NCBI GenBank assembly: GCA_041489925.1
Contig: JBGPSD010000002.1
Location: forward strand, 55,449 to 119,448
Length of the DNA: 64,000 nt
Origin: Candidatus Nanoarchaeia archaeon
GTDB taxonomy: Archaea > Nanobdellota > Nanobdellia > Woesearchaeales > ARS49
Direction of reading: 5' to 3'
The notes beneath the pieces are model-generated. The model was not told the DNA's origin. It searched no databases and was given only the letters and a program-made list of their open reading frames with translations. A program made the translations under genes and the position numbers. Every line of letters starts with the position of its first letter. Within the stretch, counting starts at the first letter, position 1. Of this stretch, positions 35,711-45,297 are shown in pieces.

Positions 35711-38700
35711 TGCACGCGTTTTGGTTTACTGAGCCGAAGTCTGAGGCAGTCTTGAAGTTCTGTATGTCCTGTATTGTCTTGCCGAGCTGGGATGCAATTG
35801 CAAGCCCTGCGCATAGCCAGTAAGGCACGCCAGTCCCTTGTCCGCAGTCTTTCCCGCATATCAGCCCAGCGATTGCTCCGATAATCGCGAGCGGGTTAGA
35901 GAGTATGTTCTGCAGCATGTTAAGATAATAGTTGACAAGCGGCGCGAATGGAATGAGGTTGAAAATCTCGCCAAGGACAAAGCGGCATTCAAGGTAGTGC
36001 TTCTGGTCCCTGCAGTAGCTCGCAGGCAGCCCGTTTTCGCGCACATCTGTCAGCAGGCAGTTTCCATACTGGCACTGTATCTGCCTCCACTTGTCAAGAT
36101 TGTAAATTATTCCAGGAACGCATAATGGCGGGACTACAATACTGAAAATAAGGCTGTCTTTGACATTAAGGTAAGTGCTCGGGTCCTGCGCTCCTGTTCC
36201 TGCGCCCCCAATCAGGCTGCTGCTTCCAAGCCCTGTGGACATCCATTTATTCCATTCTGTGCCAGCCCCTTCTGCGCCTCCCACGCCTGCTATGCTAAGC
36301 ATGTCCATCAGTCCCCTCTGGCATGTTATGAAGTCGCAGAACTTTTGCACATATGAGAGTATTCCGTCATCCTTGTCGACCGCTATGCGTAGCTTATCTC
36401 CTATGTTGCAAACATTGCTGGATGTTTGCTTAAGAGCCTCTCCAGGTGCTTTTGTAAATGGTATGTTCGACAGAACCTCTCCTAGTATTCCTGTGACAAG
36501 TTGAATCATTGTAAGCAATGCGACTATGTTCATCAGTATGTTCAGTATCTGGCAGATTTTCTCAGCATAGCCCATGAATTTCTGCAGCTCGCCGATTACT
36601 TTCCAGACACCTGAGATGCTTTCCTTGACCTCATCAATATTATCATCCATGTTGTTGTACAGTTCGCCAACAGGGAGGTTGTAGAATTGCAGGGTGACAG
36701 TCACATTGTCGTGCTCAAAGTTCTGGGGGATAAAGTTGCCAACGCGCGTGAGGATTGAGACAGGGCAGCTGAAATTAAGCTCGTTGATTGTATAATCAGT
36801 CGGAGCAAGCGTCATCACCATGTACGGCTCGACGCTGCCTGCGTAATTGTTCTCAATGCTCATTGTGCTTATGTAGTCTGTCTGCCCTGAGCACTCGTCA
36901 ATGCCAGGAGCCTGCATTGTCACCAATGAAGCCTTGTCATTTGTTGACGCCAGCTTTATGCGGCAGTAAACAGGGTGCTCATACACAGACAAAGTGCTCC
37001 TGTCAAGCATTGTTGGCGAGCATTCTGTTGAAAGCGTCCAGTAGTTTGGCTCTGTTTCATTGCCTATGCCGAGGATAAAGAGCTCAGATGTGGTTATCGT
37101 GACTGAATTTCCTGCCAAATCGCTGAATGTAAACGTGATGTTTGTCGGCTGGGGCCCTGAGACCTCGTTTGTGTATGAGAATGTGCATCTCTTTGTGGTG
37201 TTGCCAAGGCACCTTTCAGCAGGTGTTTCCTTGTCTCCTCCAATGTCGCGCAGGTCTGCGACAACAGTGTTGAAGCCTGCTCCCTCAACGACAAACTCAA
37301 GTGTTTCGCCAAGCGAGGTGAAATTTGTCTTTACGCGCTGTTCTGCCCTGAATGCTGCGATTTCAACAATTCGAACTCCCTCTGGCGCAGTCTTGTCAAA
37401 TGTCAGGTTCAACTGCATTGTCTTTGTGACCTGGTTGTTGAGATTGTCACGCGTTGTGGGCATGATCTTTACAGAGTAATTTCCGCTGCTGGATGTCGGC
37501 CGAACCGCCCAGAAGCACTTCCAGGTTTCAGTTCCTGCCTTTTCGCACTTTTGCGCCTGCACTGATGCTCCAAGCCCAAGCGAACGAAGGTCAAGGAATG
37601 CCAAACCCTTGCTCATTCCTGCTCCTGCTTCCTTGAACTCTGCGAAAATCGTGCCATTGACTCCAAGCAATGATTTTCCTGTGTCGTCAACAAACTGCGT
37701 CCCCATTGCGGTTGGCTCAGGAGAAGTGTCATCAATGCTGATTGAGCACTGCAGCGTCTTGGAGTCCTTGCTGCCCATCAGGTCGCTTGCATTGACTGTC
37801 ACCTGGCACGTTGCGGGCGTTGTAATCGCGACATTTCTCCAGAAGAACCATTCGCCGTTCTGCCCCTCGCGGACCTTTCTTCCAAGCGTGGGGTTGAGCT
37901 TTGTCAGGTCAGCGTAAACTGTTGCGCCATTCACGTCGCTGTCAGCAATCTTGACGAAAACATCTGCGGTTACCTGCTGGTTTGTGCGCGCGTGAGTAAT
38001 CAGATACCCGTCTGCGTCGCGCAGCTCAAGCGCTTCAGGGGTTGGCTTGCGCGAGTCCATGAAGATATCTTTACACACCGGCGCACTCTTGTGGTTAAGG
38101 TAATCTGTTGCAACAGCGCATATCCTGACTTTTCCATTCCCTCCTGGCGGCGATGGCGGCGTGAATGTGAAAGTGCCGTTCTTTGCGCAGGCGCTTATGT
38201 CTCCTGCTATCAGCCCGACAGTTGTCAGGTTTGCGGTGATATTGATGAACTTTATTCCAGAGCATTCTGTCAGTTTTCCTGTTTCACTCCCATAATCCTC
38301 AGCCCTATACGTGACAGTTGTCGGCTTTGGCGCCATGCTCATGTTCGGGCTGAGGGTGAACACCAGGATTTTTGGCGCGATAAAGTCAACCGTGAGGTTT
38401 TTGTACGCGGTTTCAATTTCCTTGTTCTCTGCGTCAAAGAGCTTTATCGCGTAATGGTCTGTTCCTGCAAAAATCAGGTCTTGTGTCTTGTAAGTGCACT
38501 GCTGCATTGCCTGGGACTGTGCAGTGCAGCTGTCCATGAAGTAATAAGTGTCGCCGTAAAACACGCGCACCCTTTGTTTTGCAACATCAGGGGTGGGATT
38601 GCCAATCATCTGCGCAAGCACCTGCACTGTCAGCTCGTCATTCTCCCTTGCAAACCCGTTTACTCCGTCAGCTCCTGAGAATTTCTGGACTGTCATCTGC

Positions 38701-38771
38701 TGCGCAAAGCAGACAGGCAGCATTACAACAAGCCAAATCATTGACCATGCCGCGAATTCAAGCAGTTTCAT
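35661..38771 (-). CDS. giant secreted surface protein (1036 aa), module 1
   Basis: Sec signal MKLLEFAAWSMIWLVVMLPVCFAQQ; Ig-like beta-rich body; C-terminal hydrophobic and Cys-rich region similar to the 1984-aa protein. Confidence 0.65.
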   Translation of the reverse strand: MKLLEFAAWSMIWLVVMLPVCFAQQMTVQKFSGADGVNGFARENDELTVQVLAQMIGNPTPDVAKQRVRVFYGDTYYFMDSCTAQSQAMQQCTYKTQDLIFAGTDHYAIKLFDAENKEIETAYKNLTVDFIAPKILVFTLSPNMSMAPKPTTVTYRAEDYGSETGKLTECSGIKFINITANLTTVGLIAGDISACAKNGTFTFTPPSPPGGNGKVRICAVATDYLNHKSAPVCKDIFMDSRKPTPEALELRDADGYLITHARTNQQVTADVFVKIADSDVNGATVYADLTKLNPTLGRKVREGQNGEWFFWRNVAITTPATCQVTVNASDLMGSKDSKTLQCSISIDDTSPEPTAMGTQFVDDTGKSLLGVNGTIFAEFKEAGAGMSKGLAFLDLRSLGLGASVQAQKCEKAGTETWKCFWAVRPTSSSGNYSVKIMPTTRDNLNNQVTKTMQLNLTFDKTAPEGVRIVEIAAFRAEQRVKTNFTSLGETLEFVVEGAGFNTVVADLRDIGGDKETPAERCLGNTTKRCTFSYTNEVSGPQPTNITFTFSDLAGNSVTITTSELFILGIGNETEPNYWTLSTECSPTMLDRSTLSVYEHPVYCRIKLASTNDKASLVTMQAPGIDECSGQTDYISTMSIENNYAGSVEPYMVMTLAPTDYTINELNFSCPVSILTRVGNFIPQNFEHDNVTVTLQFYNLPVGELYNNMDDNIDEVKESISGVWKVIGELQKFMGYAEKICQILNILMNIVALLTMIQLVTGILGEVLSNIPFTKAPGEALKQTSSNVCNIGDKLRIAVDKDDGILSYVQKFCDFITCQRGLMDMLSIAGVGGAEGAGTEWNKWMSTGLGSSSLIGGAGTGAQDPSTYLNVKDSLIFSIVVPPLCVPGIIYNLDKWRQIQCQYGNCLLTDVRENGLPASYCRDQKHYLECRFVLGEIFNLIPFAPLVNYYLNMLQNILSNPLAIIGAIAGLICGKDCGQGTGVPYWLCAGLAIASQLGKTIQDIQNFKTASDFGSVNQNACNDFEDAVDDYESETNA

Positions 38772-40927
38772 GTCAGCACCGGCTTCAAAATGTCCTCGTA
38801 TTGCTCTGACACGCTGAACATTGTGCTTATCTGTTCAAGGTCTTCCACCACCCTTTGGGATTCTGGCAGAAGCTTGTCCAGCGCGAAGTTGATGTAGGTA
38901 AACTCAATATTTCGCGTGTTCTTAAGCTGTTCCTCTGTGATAGTCCAGTCATACTGTGCATAGCCCGATATGAGCGGCGTGTCCTTGCCAAACTGAATTG
39001 GTTGTGTCGGTACCCAATAGCACTTTCTATGACCATCAGTTTTGTAGCAGCGCCTTTGCTTGGGTATTGTCAGGTTCTTTGGCTGCGGGTAAAGGAAGCT
39101 GTAAATCGTGACAGTGTAATCGCCTGCAAACAGCGTCACGTTCTTTGATTCGTCAGACGGCGGGTCTCCGCAGGGTATTTTTGCCTTTTGCGAGGGCGCG
39201 CCGCAGACTGTTCCAAGCACGTTTACAGGCTCCTCCCATTCATTTACTTTCTTCTTTTCAAGCATTATTATTGTGTTTTCATACTTGCCCTGGTTCCAGA
39301 CCTGGGTGGTGTCCATCTCCCAGTTTATGCCGTATCTTCTTAGCATCCATTTCTTTACAGAGAAGTCAACAGGATAGCCGACTCCCATCACAAGGCTGGT
39401 TGATTGGTCGCTCTCGTCAGTTATGTCCATCTGCTGTATTGCGTTTGAGTAATCCCTGTGGGTTGCGGTCACAAATCCTCCAAGGCAGCGCGGGAACTTT
39501 GTCAACAGCTGGCCCTGCACTGTAGCGCCCATGTCGCAGACTTCCTTTCCGCACCTGTAGAGTATTTCAGCGCCGTCAACAGGAGCCCCTGCGCTTGTTG
39601 TGACATTTACAGTGATGTTTCCGCTTGTGCGCTGCTGTGGCGTGCACAGCAGTGTGCTCTGCTCCAAAATTGATGGGACAGCCAGCGTTGGCTCAAGCGC
39701 TGCAAGGGGCATGTTGTTCCTCATGTTTGCCTCGAGGAAATACCTGAAAGAATATCCTTCGCCGCCAAATGCCCCTGGCTGCTTTATTTCCACAAGCACA
39801 GGATAGCTGACGTCATATGCAAAGTTATACCTCCTGACTCCGAACAGGAATCCCCACGTGTTTGATATTCCCTCTGCCTGGCATATCTGGCCATTGCAGT
39901 TGAGGTCAGTGTATGGCTTCCACCACGGCAGGTAGACAAACCTTGCCTCAAGTGATTTGTGCTGTTCAAGGACAGGCACTGTGAATCCGCGGTTGTAAAG
40001 GACTTCATAGAACTTCCTGTCCTTGCCATTTGGCGCAGGAAGGTAGCGGTAATTCTTTGTGTAAGTCACCTTGAGCAGGGGGACATAGCTGGTTAGAATC
40101 TCGCTTATCTTCCGTTCGACATCAAACTTGGTCCACATTTTGCCCCTGCCAAAGCCGAATTCCATGTCTGAGACAGGCGGCAGGGCGTTTTCACTAAGCC
40201 TTGAGAATGTGTCAATAAGGGTCCTTGTCATTTGCTCAAGGAAGCTGTACTGCGCCTCGATGTTTGTTATGTTTGTCGCCAGGGAATAGATTTCATAGAA
40301 GCTTACAGGAAGCTCTGTCACATAGTCCTTTAGCTCAAACCTTTCCTCTCCGCGGGTAATCTCAAGAGGGTATGTCAGCATTACAATCACTGTTGCTGAA
40401 GTCATCTGGGTGTCAGGCTCAATCTCCCCTGTGGGCACAATGTTGTATTGCTGTTCCTTGAAATTTGCAAATTCGCCAAGGCAGTTTGGAAGCTTGTCTT
40501 TTATGTAGCGGTCCATCTGCGTTTTAATATTTTCAAGCGAAGGCCGCTCGCTGCTGAACTCGCAGTCGCCGACGCAGTTGTTCTTTGAGCTGAGGTGCCA
40601 CCAGTACGGGATTTTCAGTTCTGAATCAGGGGCAAACTGCACAGCGCGCCCTTCTGTCGGCTCTATCGGGTTGTAGCCCTGCCTTGGCTCAATGTATCCT
40701 CCGCGCTCGCCAAGCCTCTTGAGAGCTTCTTTCGCTGTTATTTTGAGGCAGTCCTGCACATAGTTGCGCAATGGCTGCATCTCTTCGGGAATTTTTGAAA
40801 CAACTGCCTCCTGCGCCTCAAGCGGTGCTATTGCCGCCTGCGAAGTTACGTAAAGGTATATGCCTATGCCGACCAGGAGAAGTAGCCCAATGATTATGAA
40901 AATAGTTATCTGCCCCTTTTTTGTCAT
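38768..40927 (-). CDS. large pilin-like protein with a class III signal peptide (719 aa), module 1
   Basis: MTKKGQITIFIIIGLLLLVGIGIYLYV; first gene of the cluster, preceded by a 147-bp AT-rich intergenic region with TATA-like elements. Confidence 0.65.
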   Translation of the reverse strand: MTKKGQITIFIIIGLLLLVGIGIYLYVTSQAAIAPLEAQEAVVSKIPEEMQPLRNYVQDCLKITAKEALKRLGERGGYIEPRQGYNPIEPTEGRAVQFAPDSELKIPYWWHLSSKNNCVGDCEFSSERPSLENIKTQMDRYIKDKLPNCLGEFANFKEQQYNIVPTGEIEPDTQMTSATVIVMLTYPLEITRGEERFELKDYVTELPVSFYEIYSLATNITNIEAQYSFLEQMTRTLIDTFSRLSENALPPVSDMEFGFGRGKMWTKFDVERKISEILTSYVPLLKVTYTKNYRYLPAPNGKDRKFYEVLYNRGFTVPVLEQHKSLEARFVYLPWWKPYTDLNCNGQICQAEGISNTWGFLFGVRRYNFAYDVSYPVLVEIKQPGAFGGEGYSFRYFLEANMRNNMPLAALEPTLAVPSILEQSTLLCTPQQRTSGNITVNVTTSAGAPVDGAEILYRCGKEVCDMGATVQGQLLTKFPRCLGGFVTATHRDYSNAIQQMDITDESDQSTSLVMGVGYPVDFSVKKWMLRRYGINWEMDTTQVWNQGKYENTIIMLEKKKVNEWEEPVNVLGTVCGAPSQKAKIPCGDPPSDESKNVTLFAGDYTVTIYSFLYPQPKNLTIPKQRRCYKTDGHRKCYWVPTQPIQFGKDTPLISGYAQYDWTITEEQLKNTRNIEFTYINFALDKLLPESQRVVEDLEQISTMFSVSEQYEDILKPVLT

Positions 40928-41074
40928 AGCAAACCCTTTTTTAATGCACTACTATTCTATGCACGAAAAAACCGCAGTTGGGTATATAAATTTAACTATA
41001 TTATATAGACGATAAATGTTACCTTCCAAGAATGACGATAAATATTTATATATGCCTGTCTGGAGTGTTGTTTT

Positions 41075-41359
41075 ATGGTTGTCGGGGATTTGGTTGAATA
41101 CCTTCGCGAGCACCTTGAGCTTGGCTATGACATCCACGAACTTAAGCTCCAGCTTGTCCGCTATGGCCACTCTGCGAAGAATGTTGAGGAGGCGCTTGAC
41201 GTCCTTAGAAAAGAGGCATTGAACGGGCTTCCATCACCCTCGCTGCCAGAACACATCGCGACAGCAGCCCACATCTGGCTGTTAATGCCTGCGATGCTTT
41301 TTGTCCTGATGTTTTCTATCGGGCTTATTATGTTCTTTCTGAGAAATCCTGCATTGTAA
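41075..41359 (+). CDS. small membrane protein
   Basis: 94 aa with a C-terminal TM helix; divergent from the cluster promoter region. Confidence 0.35.
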   Translation: MVVGDLVEYLREHLELGYDIHELKLQLVRYGHSAKNVEEALDVLRKEALNGLPSPSLPEHIATAAHIWLLMPAMLFVLMFSIGLIMFFLRNPAL

Positions 41360-41382
41360 GACTTTATCTATTAAGAATGAAC

Positions 41383-42069
41383 TTACTTCTCGTATTCAAG
41401 AGAGTAAATCGTGAGTGCCGCATTGCTGAGCTCGACGTCAATTGTTATGTCCTTTGTGCCAAGAGCCTTGCTGCAGCTGTGGACACATGCCGCTGTGAAT
41501 GTTCCGTCGCTGTTTATCTTCACAAGGTCATTGTCAAAGAGAAGGAACCTGCTGCCTTGCGTGGCTGCATAAACCCTTGCAAACCCGTTTCCGTCGACTT
41601 TTCCTGAAATTGTCAGTGACTTTGGCAAATCATCAAGGTGGATTATCCTTGAGCCTGACTCGACAAAAGCAAGGTTCAAATCCTGCACCACAGTTTGCTG
41701 ATTGACATCTGCTGTCACAGCGCCGAAAACCGCGGGCTTGAAAAACACCATGAAGCTGAAAAGCACGAGCAGGACAGCGGCTGCGATGATGTGCGTTGTC
41801 GCGTGCATGCTGCTGCTCTGCACAGGGTTTTGTATTCCATTGTAAACCTTGACGAGCTGGTCATACGCGAGCTCCTTGTGCATCGGGTCTATGTTCGAGG
41901 AAGCCATCTGCTTGTAAACTTCAAGAAGGTCCTTGTACTTTGCTGTCGCACCCTCAACATCGCTGCTGTCAATGCAGTCCTGCGTGGCGTGGTACGCGTC
42001 AACAAACTTCTGGACAAGCTCTATCTTTTCCTCGGGAATTGTAATCACCTTTGCATACTTTCTTGGCAA
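41383..42069 (-). CDS. hypothetical membrane-anchored protein
   Basis: Central TM (HIIAAAVLLVLFSFMVFF); no motifs. Confidence 0.45.
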   Translation of the reverse strand: MPRKYAKVITIPEEKIELVQKFVDAYHATQDCIDSSDVEGATAKYKDLLEVYKQMASSNIDPMHKELAYDQLVKVYNGIQNPVQSSSMHATTHIIAAAVLLVLFSFMVFFKPAVFGAVTADVNQQTVVQDLNLAFVESGSRIIHLDDLPKSLTISGKVDGNGFARVYAATQGSRFLLFDNDLVKINSDGTFTAACVHSCSKALGTKDITIDVELSNAALTIYSLEYEK

Positions 42070-42100
42070 CCTTCTATATAAACCTTTTGTGAAGTAAAGT

Positions 42101-42108
42101 TTTTATAC
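42101..42108 (+). promoter_or_regulatory. TATA box (ttttatac) about 26 bp upstream of the zinc-ribbon gene
   Basis: A second TATA (ttctatataaa, 42072..42082) could serve the divergent gene. Confidence 0.4.
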
Positions 42109-42129
42109 TCATCGTCAAGAGTTGAAGTT

Positions 42130-42273
42130 ATGAACGGCAAACTGCCGGAGAGGCAGCCTGCGGGCGCGATGATTTGCCCCAGATGCAGGAAGCCGGCTCT
42201 GCAATTCGTTGAGGCGTCATCTGAGCTCGTCTGCACGAATTGCGGCTTTAAACAACCAATAAAAAAGGTGTAA
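42130..42273 (+). CDS. small zinc-ribbon protein (47 aa)
   Basis: CPRC...17 aa...CTNC; translated by hand (MNGKLPERQPAGAMICPRCRKPALQFVEASSELVCTNCGFKQPIKKV); immediately upstream of the NYN gene. Confidence 0.45.
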   Translation: MNGKLPERQPAGAMICPRCRKPALQFVEASSELVCTNCGFKQPIKKV

Positions 42274-42275
42274 TC

Positions 42276-42866
42276 GTGGCAAAAAACACTCCAAAGGCGC
42301 AAAGGATCGGCGTTTTCGTCGACGTGCAGAACATGTATTATTCAGGAAGGTACATGTACAATTCAAAGGTCAACTTCAAGGCATTGCTCAATGAGGCAGT
42401 GCAGGGAAGGACGCTTATCAGGGCAATCGCGTATGTTATCCGCACAGAGGACGTTGGAAGGGAGGAATTCTTCAAGGTGCTTGAGAACATGGGCTATGAA
42501 ATAAAGGCAAAGGACATCCAGATTTTTGTTGACGGCTCAAAGAAAGGCGACTGGGACATTGGAATCGCGATGGATATGATTGAAATGGCTCCAAGGCTTG
42601 ACACGCTCGTGCTTATTTCAGGCGACGGGGATTTCATCCCGCTTGTCGAGCACCTTCAGCGCGCAATGGGCTGCCGTGTTGAAGTCATTGCGTTCGGCAA
42701 GAGCGCTTCAGGAAAATTAAAGGAAGCCGCGAACTCATTCGTTGACCTTGACGAGAACCCGAAGAAATTCCTTATCGCAAGGTCAGCAAGGCCAAGGGCG
42801 CCTGAAGGACAGATAGAGACGCACCATCAGGGGGTTGAAAGAAGTGCTAGAGGCCAACAGCGATAA
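42276..42866 (+). CDS. NYN-domain (LabA-like) putative ribonuclease
   Basis: RIGVFVDVQN...AYV...VLISGDGDF; GTG start. Confidence 0.7.
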   Translation: MAKNTPKAQRIGVFVDVQNMYYSGRYMYNSKVNFKALLNEAVQGRTLIRAIAYVIRTEDVGREEFFKVLENMGYEIKAKDIQIFVDGSKKGDWDIGIAMDMIEMAPRLDTLVLISGDGDFIPLVEHLQRAMGCRVEVIAFGKSASGKLKEAANSFVDLDENPKKFLIARSARPRAPEGQIETHHQGVERSARGQQR

Positions 42867-43158
42867 CTTCGCAAAGGAAGTTCTGGAAAGCAAGATTCCT
42901 GTAGTTGTGGATTATTGGGCCCCGTGGTGTCAGCCATGTAAGATGCTTGCCCCCATTTTTGAAAGCGTGTCAAAGCAGTTCACAGACAAAATAAAATTTG
43001 TCAAGTGCAACATTGAAGAAAACCAGGAAATCGCAACTGAGAACGGCATAATGAGCATTCCCTGCCTTGTCATCTACAAGGACGGCAAGGAAGAAGGGCG
43101 CTTGGTCGGCAACCAGTCAGAAGATATTCTTGTCCAGCAGCTTAGGACTTTTTTGTAA
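42835..43158 (+). CDS. thioredoxin
   Basis: WAPWCQPCK active site in a thioredoxin-fold length protein; start codon uncertain (TTG or GTG). Confidence 0.7.
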   Translation: MKEVLEANSDNFAKEVLESKIPVVVDYWAPWCQPCKMLAPIFESVSKQFTDKIKFVKCNIEENQEIATENGIMSIPCLVIYKDGKEEGRLVGNQSEDILVQQLRTFL

Positions 43159-43161
43159 TTC

Positions 43162-43947
43162 TTACTCAACAAACTTTGTCACAGCCCAGATTACTCCGAT
43201 GCCGAGGAAGAAGAAAAGCATCTGGAGCGAGGCTGAAGAAAGTTTTTTTGTCTTGTGCAGTTCAGGCAGGAGGTCAACTGTGGACATGTAAATAAATCCG
43301 CCTGCTGCTATCGGGATAAATGTCTGGGTTATGTTGCTGAGCCCTGACGCGAAAAAGAATGCGAACAATGCTCCTGCAACTGCGACAAGTGCTGAAATCA
43401 GGTTGTATGTGAGGGCTTCTGCGCGCGTGAATCCGCCGTAAATAAGCACTCCGAAATCACCTATTTCCTGCGGGATTTCGTGGGCTATGACTGCGAGTGT
43501 GGTTATCAAGCCAAGCGGAATGCTGACAAGGTAGCTTGTCGCGATTATTGCGCCGTCCATGAAGTTGTGCGCGCCGTCGCCGATAAGGTTGAGGTAGACA
43601 ACGGGCATCTTGTGATGGTGGTGCCCGATTGTTTTTCCTGCTTTAATGTGGGTGTGCCTTTCGCACTCCATGTTGTGGCAGTGGTACCAGCAGAGGAATT
43701 CCTCAATGACAAAAAATATCACTATTCCCAAAAGCACATACCAGAACACTCCGTCAACGCCATTCTCCAAAGCCTCTGGAAGCAAATCAAGGAATGCAGC
43801 GCCAAGCATTGCTCCTGCTGCAAAGCTGACCATCATCAAAAGCAACCTGTGCAGGCGCTTTGGGTCAAGCGCGATTGTGAAGATTCCGATGAGTGAGATC
43901 AGGCTGACAACAACTACTGATAACAGGATATACGCAAGCACGTGCAT
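43162..43947 (-). CDS. ZIP-family zinc transporter (ZupT-like)
   Basis: HNFMDG and HEIPQEIGDF signature helices, His-rich loop (GHHHHK). Confidence 0.8.
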   Translation of the reverse strand: MHVLAYILLSVVVVSLISLIGIFTIALDPKRLHRLLLMMVSFAAGAMLGAAFLDLLPEALENGVDGVFWYVLLGIVIFFVIEEFLCWYHCHNMECERHTHIKAGKTIGHHHHKMPVVYLNLIGDGAHNFMDGAIIATSYLVSIPLGLITTLAVIAHEIPQEIGDFGVLIYGGFTRAEALTYNLISALVAVAGALFAFFFASGLSNITQTFIPIAAGGFIYMSTVDLLPELHKTKKLSSASLQMLFFFLGIGVIWAVTKFVE

Positions 43948-44025
43948 ATCCAGGACGTCGCCAAACCACTATAAAAAGCTTTTGCAAGGGAAAAGATTAA
44001 AAACACATACAGCGCGAGGCAGGGC

Positions 44026-44688
44026 ATGCTAAAGCTTCCGGTTATTGTTGTCAACTGCAAGGCGTATGAGAAATGCGTCGGTGAGGGTGCGGTCCGCATG
44101 GCAGGCATTTGCGAGCGTGTCGCAAAGCTGATGAAGACAACAATCGCTGTCGCTGTTGAGACCGCTGACATTTATCACGTGAAAATGGCTGTCGGCATTC
44201 CTGTTTTTGCCCAGCATGTTGATGCAGATGAGCCTGGAGCGCACACAGGCGATGTGCTTCCTGAGTCTGTGAAGGACGCAGGCGCAGTCGGAACACTGCT
44301 GAACCATTCTGAAAAGAAACTCACCTTCCCGGTTTTGAAAAAATCAGTTGAGCGCGCAAAAAAAGCAGGACTGCTCACTTTGGTCTGCGCTGCAACGCCT
44401 GAAGAAGCCAAAAAAATAGCAGAGTTAAAGCCGGACTTTATCGCGATTGAGCCTCCTGAATTAATCGGCGGCAACATCTCAGTCAGCAAGGCAAAGCCAG
44501 AAGTTGTCACAGCGACAACAAAGGCAATAAAAAACATCCCCATACTTTGCGGTGCAGGAGTAAAGACAAAGGAAGATGTCCGTAAAGCAGTCCAGCTTGG
44601 TGTAAAGGGAATTCTTGTCGCGTCAGGAGTGACTTTGGCGAAAAATCCAGAGCAGGTCCTTAAGGATTTTGCAGCAGCACTGCAGTGA
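44026..44688 (+). CDS. tpiA: triosephosphate isomerase, archaeal short type
   Basis: VVNCKAY...GAHTG...GTLLNHSE...IAIEPPELIGG...CGAG, collinear with archaeal ~220-aa TIM. Confidence 0.85.
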   Translation: MLKLPVIVVNCKAYEKCVGEGAVRMAGICERVAKLMKTTIAVAVETADIYHVKMAVGIPVFAQHVDADEPGAHTGDVLPESVKDAGAVGTLLNHSEKKLTFPVLKKSVERAKKAGLLTLVCAATPEEAKKIAELKPDFIAIEPPELIGGNISVSKAKPEVVTATTKAIKNIPILCGAGVKTKEDVRKAVQLGVKGILVASGVTLAKNPEQVLKDFAAALQ

Positions 44689-44691
44689 TAA

Positions 44692-45297
44692 TCACCTGAC
44701 TTCAAGCATTATCTGGTATATCTTGTCATACACTGGCGCCTGAAGCACGCATTCTGACGGCTCTGCGTCAAACACGCAGACATTGAACACTGCAGTCGCC
44801 CCGCGTGGTGTCGATACCCCGTCATCCACCTGTGTTCCTGCGCGGACGCGAAGCTGGATGGTCTCGTATTTTTTCGGCTTTATGTAAATCTGCTCCTGTG
44901 TTTTGAACGAACCAAGCCACTTTGACTCTATATAGTCCTTTGACCCGATGTCAATCTGCTTGCCTGCGCGGTCATAAATGCCAGAGAACCCTATCACGAC
45001 GCTAAATCCGCGCTCATCAGTGTTGATGTTTCTTATTCCAAGCCCGAATGTTGAGTCCTTGCCCAGGTCTGCGGTCTTTTTGTTTATCGGTATTGCGACA
45101 ATCTCATTGCTGTCCCTCAGCATTGCCTCTATCTGGGATTTTGTCTGCAGGTCAATCCCTGACTGTATTTCGCCTGCTCCGCCGAACATTTTCCAGACCA
45201 GCGCTATGCCGCCGATGAAAATTATTATGCTGATTATGAGAAGGACAATCATGTTTATCGGCAGCTCAAGCCCCTTCTTGTTCATCATTTTACACAT
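44692..45297 (-). CDS. pilin-like protein with a class III signal peptide
   Basis: MNKKG/LELPINMIVLLIISIIIFIGGIALV; paralog of 47155..47784. Confidence 0.55.
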   Translation of the reverse strand: MCKMMNKKGLELPINMIVLLIISIIIFIGGIALVWKMFGGAGEIQSGIDLQTKSQIEAMLRDSNEIVAIPINKKTADLGKDSTFGLGIRNINTDERGFSVVIGFSGIYDRAGKQIDIGSKDYIESKWLGSFKTQEQIYIKPKKYETIQLRVRAGTQVDDGVSTPRGATAVFNVCVFDAEPSECVLQAPVYDKIYQIMLEVR

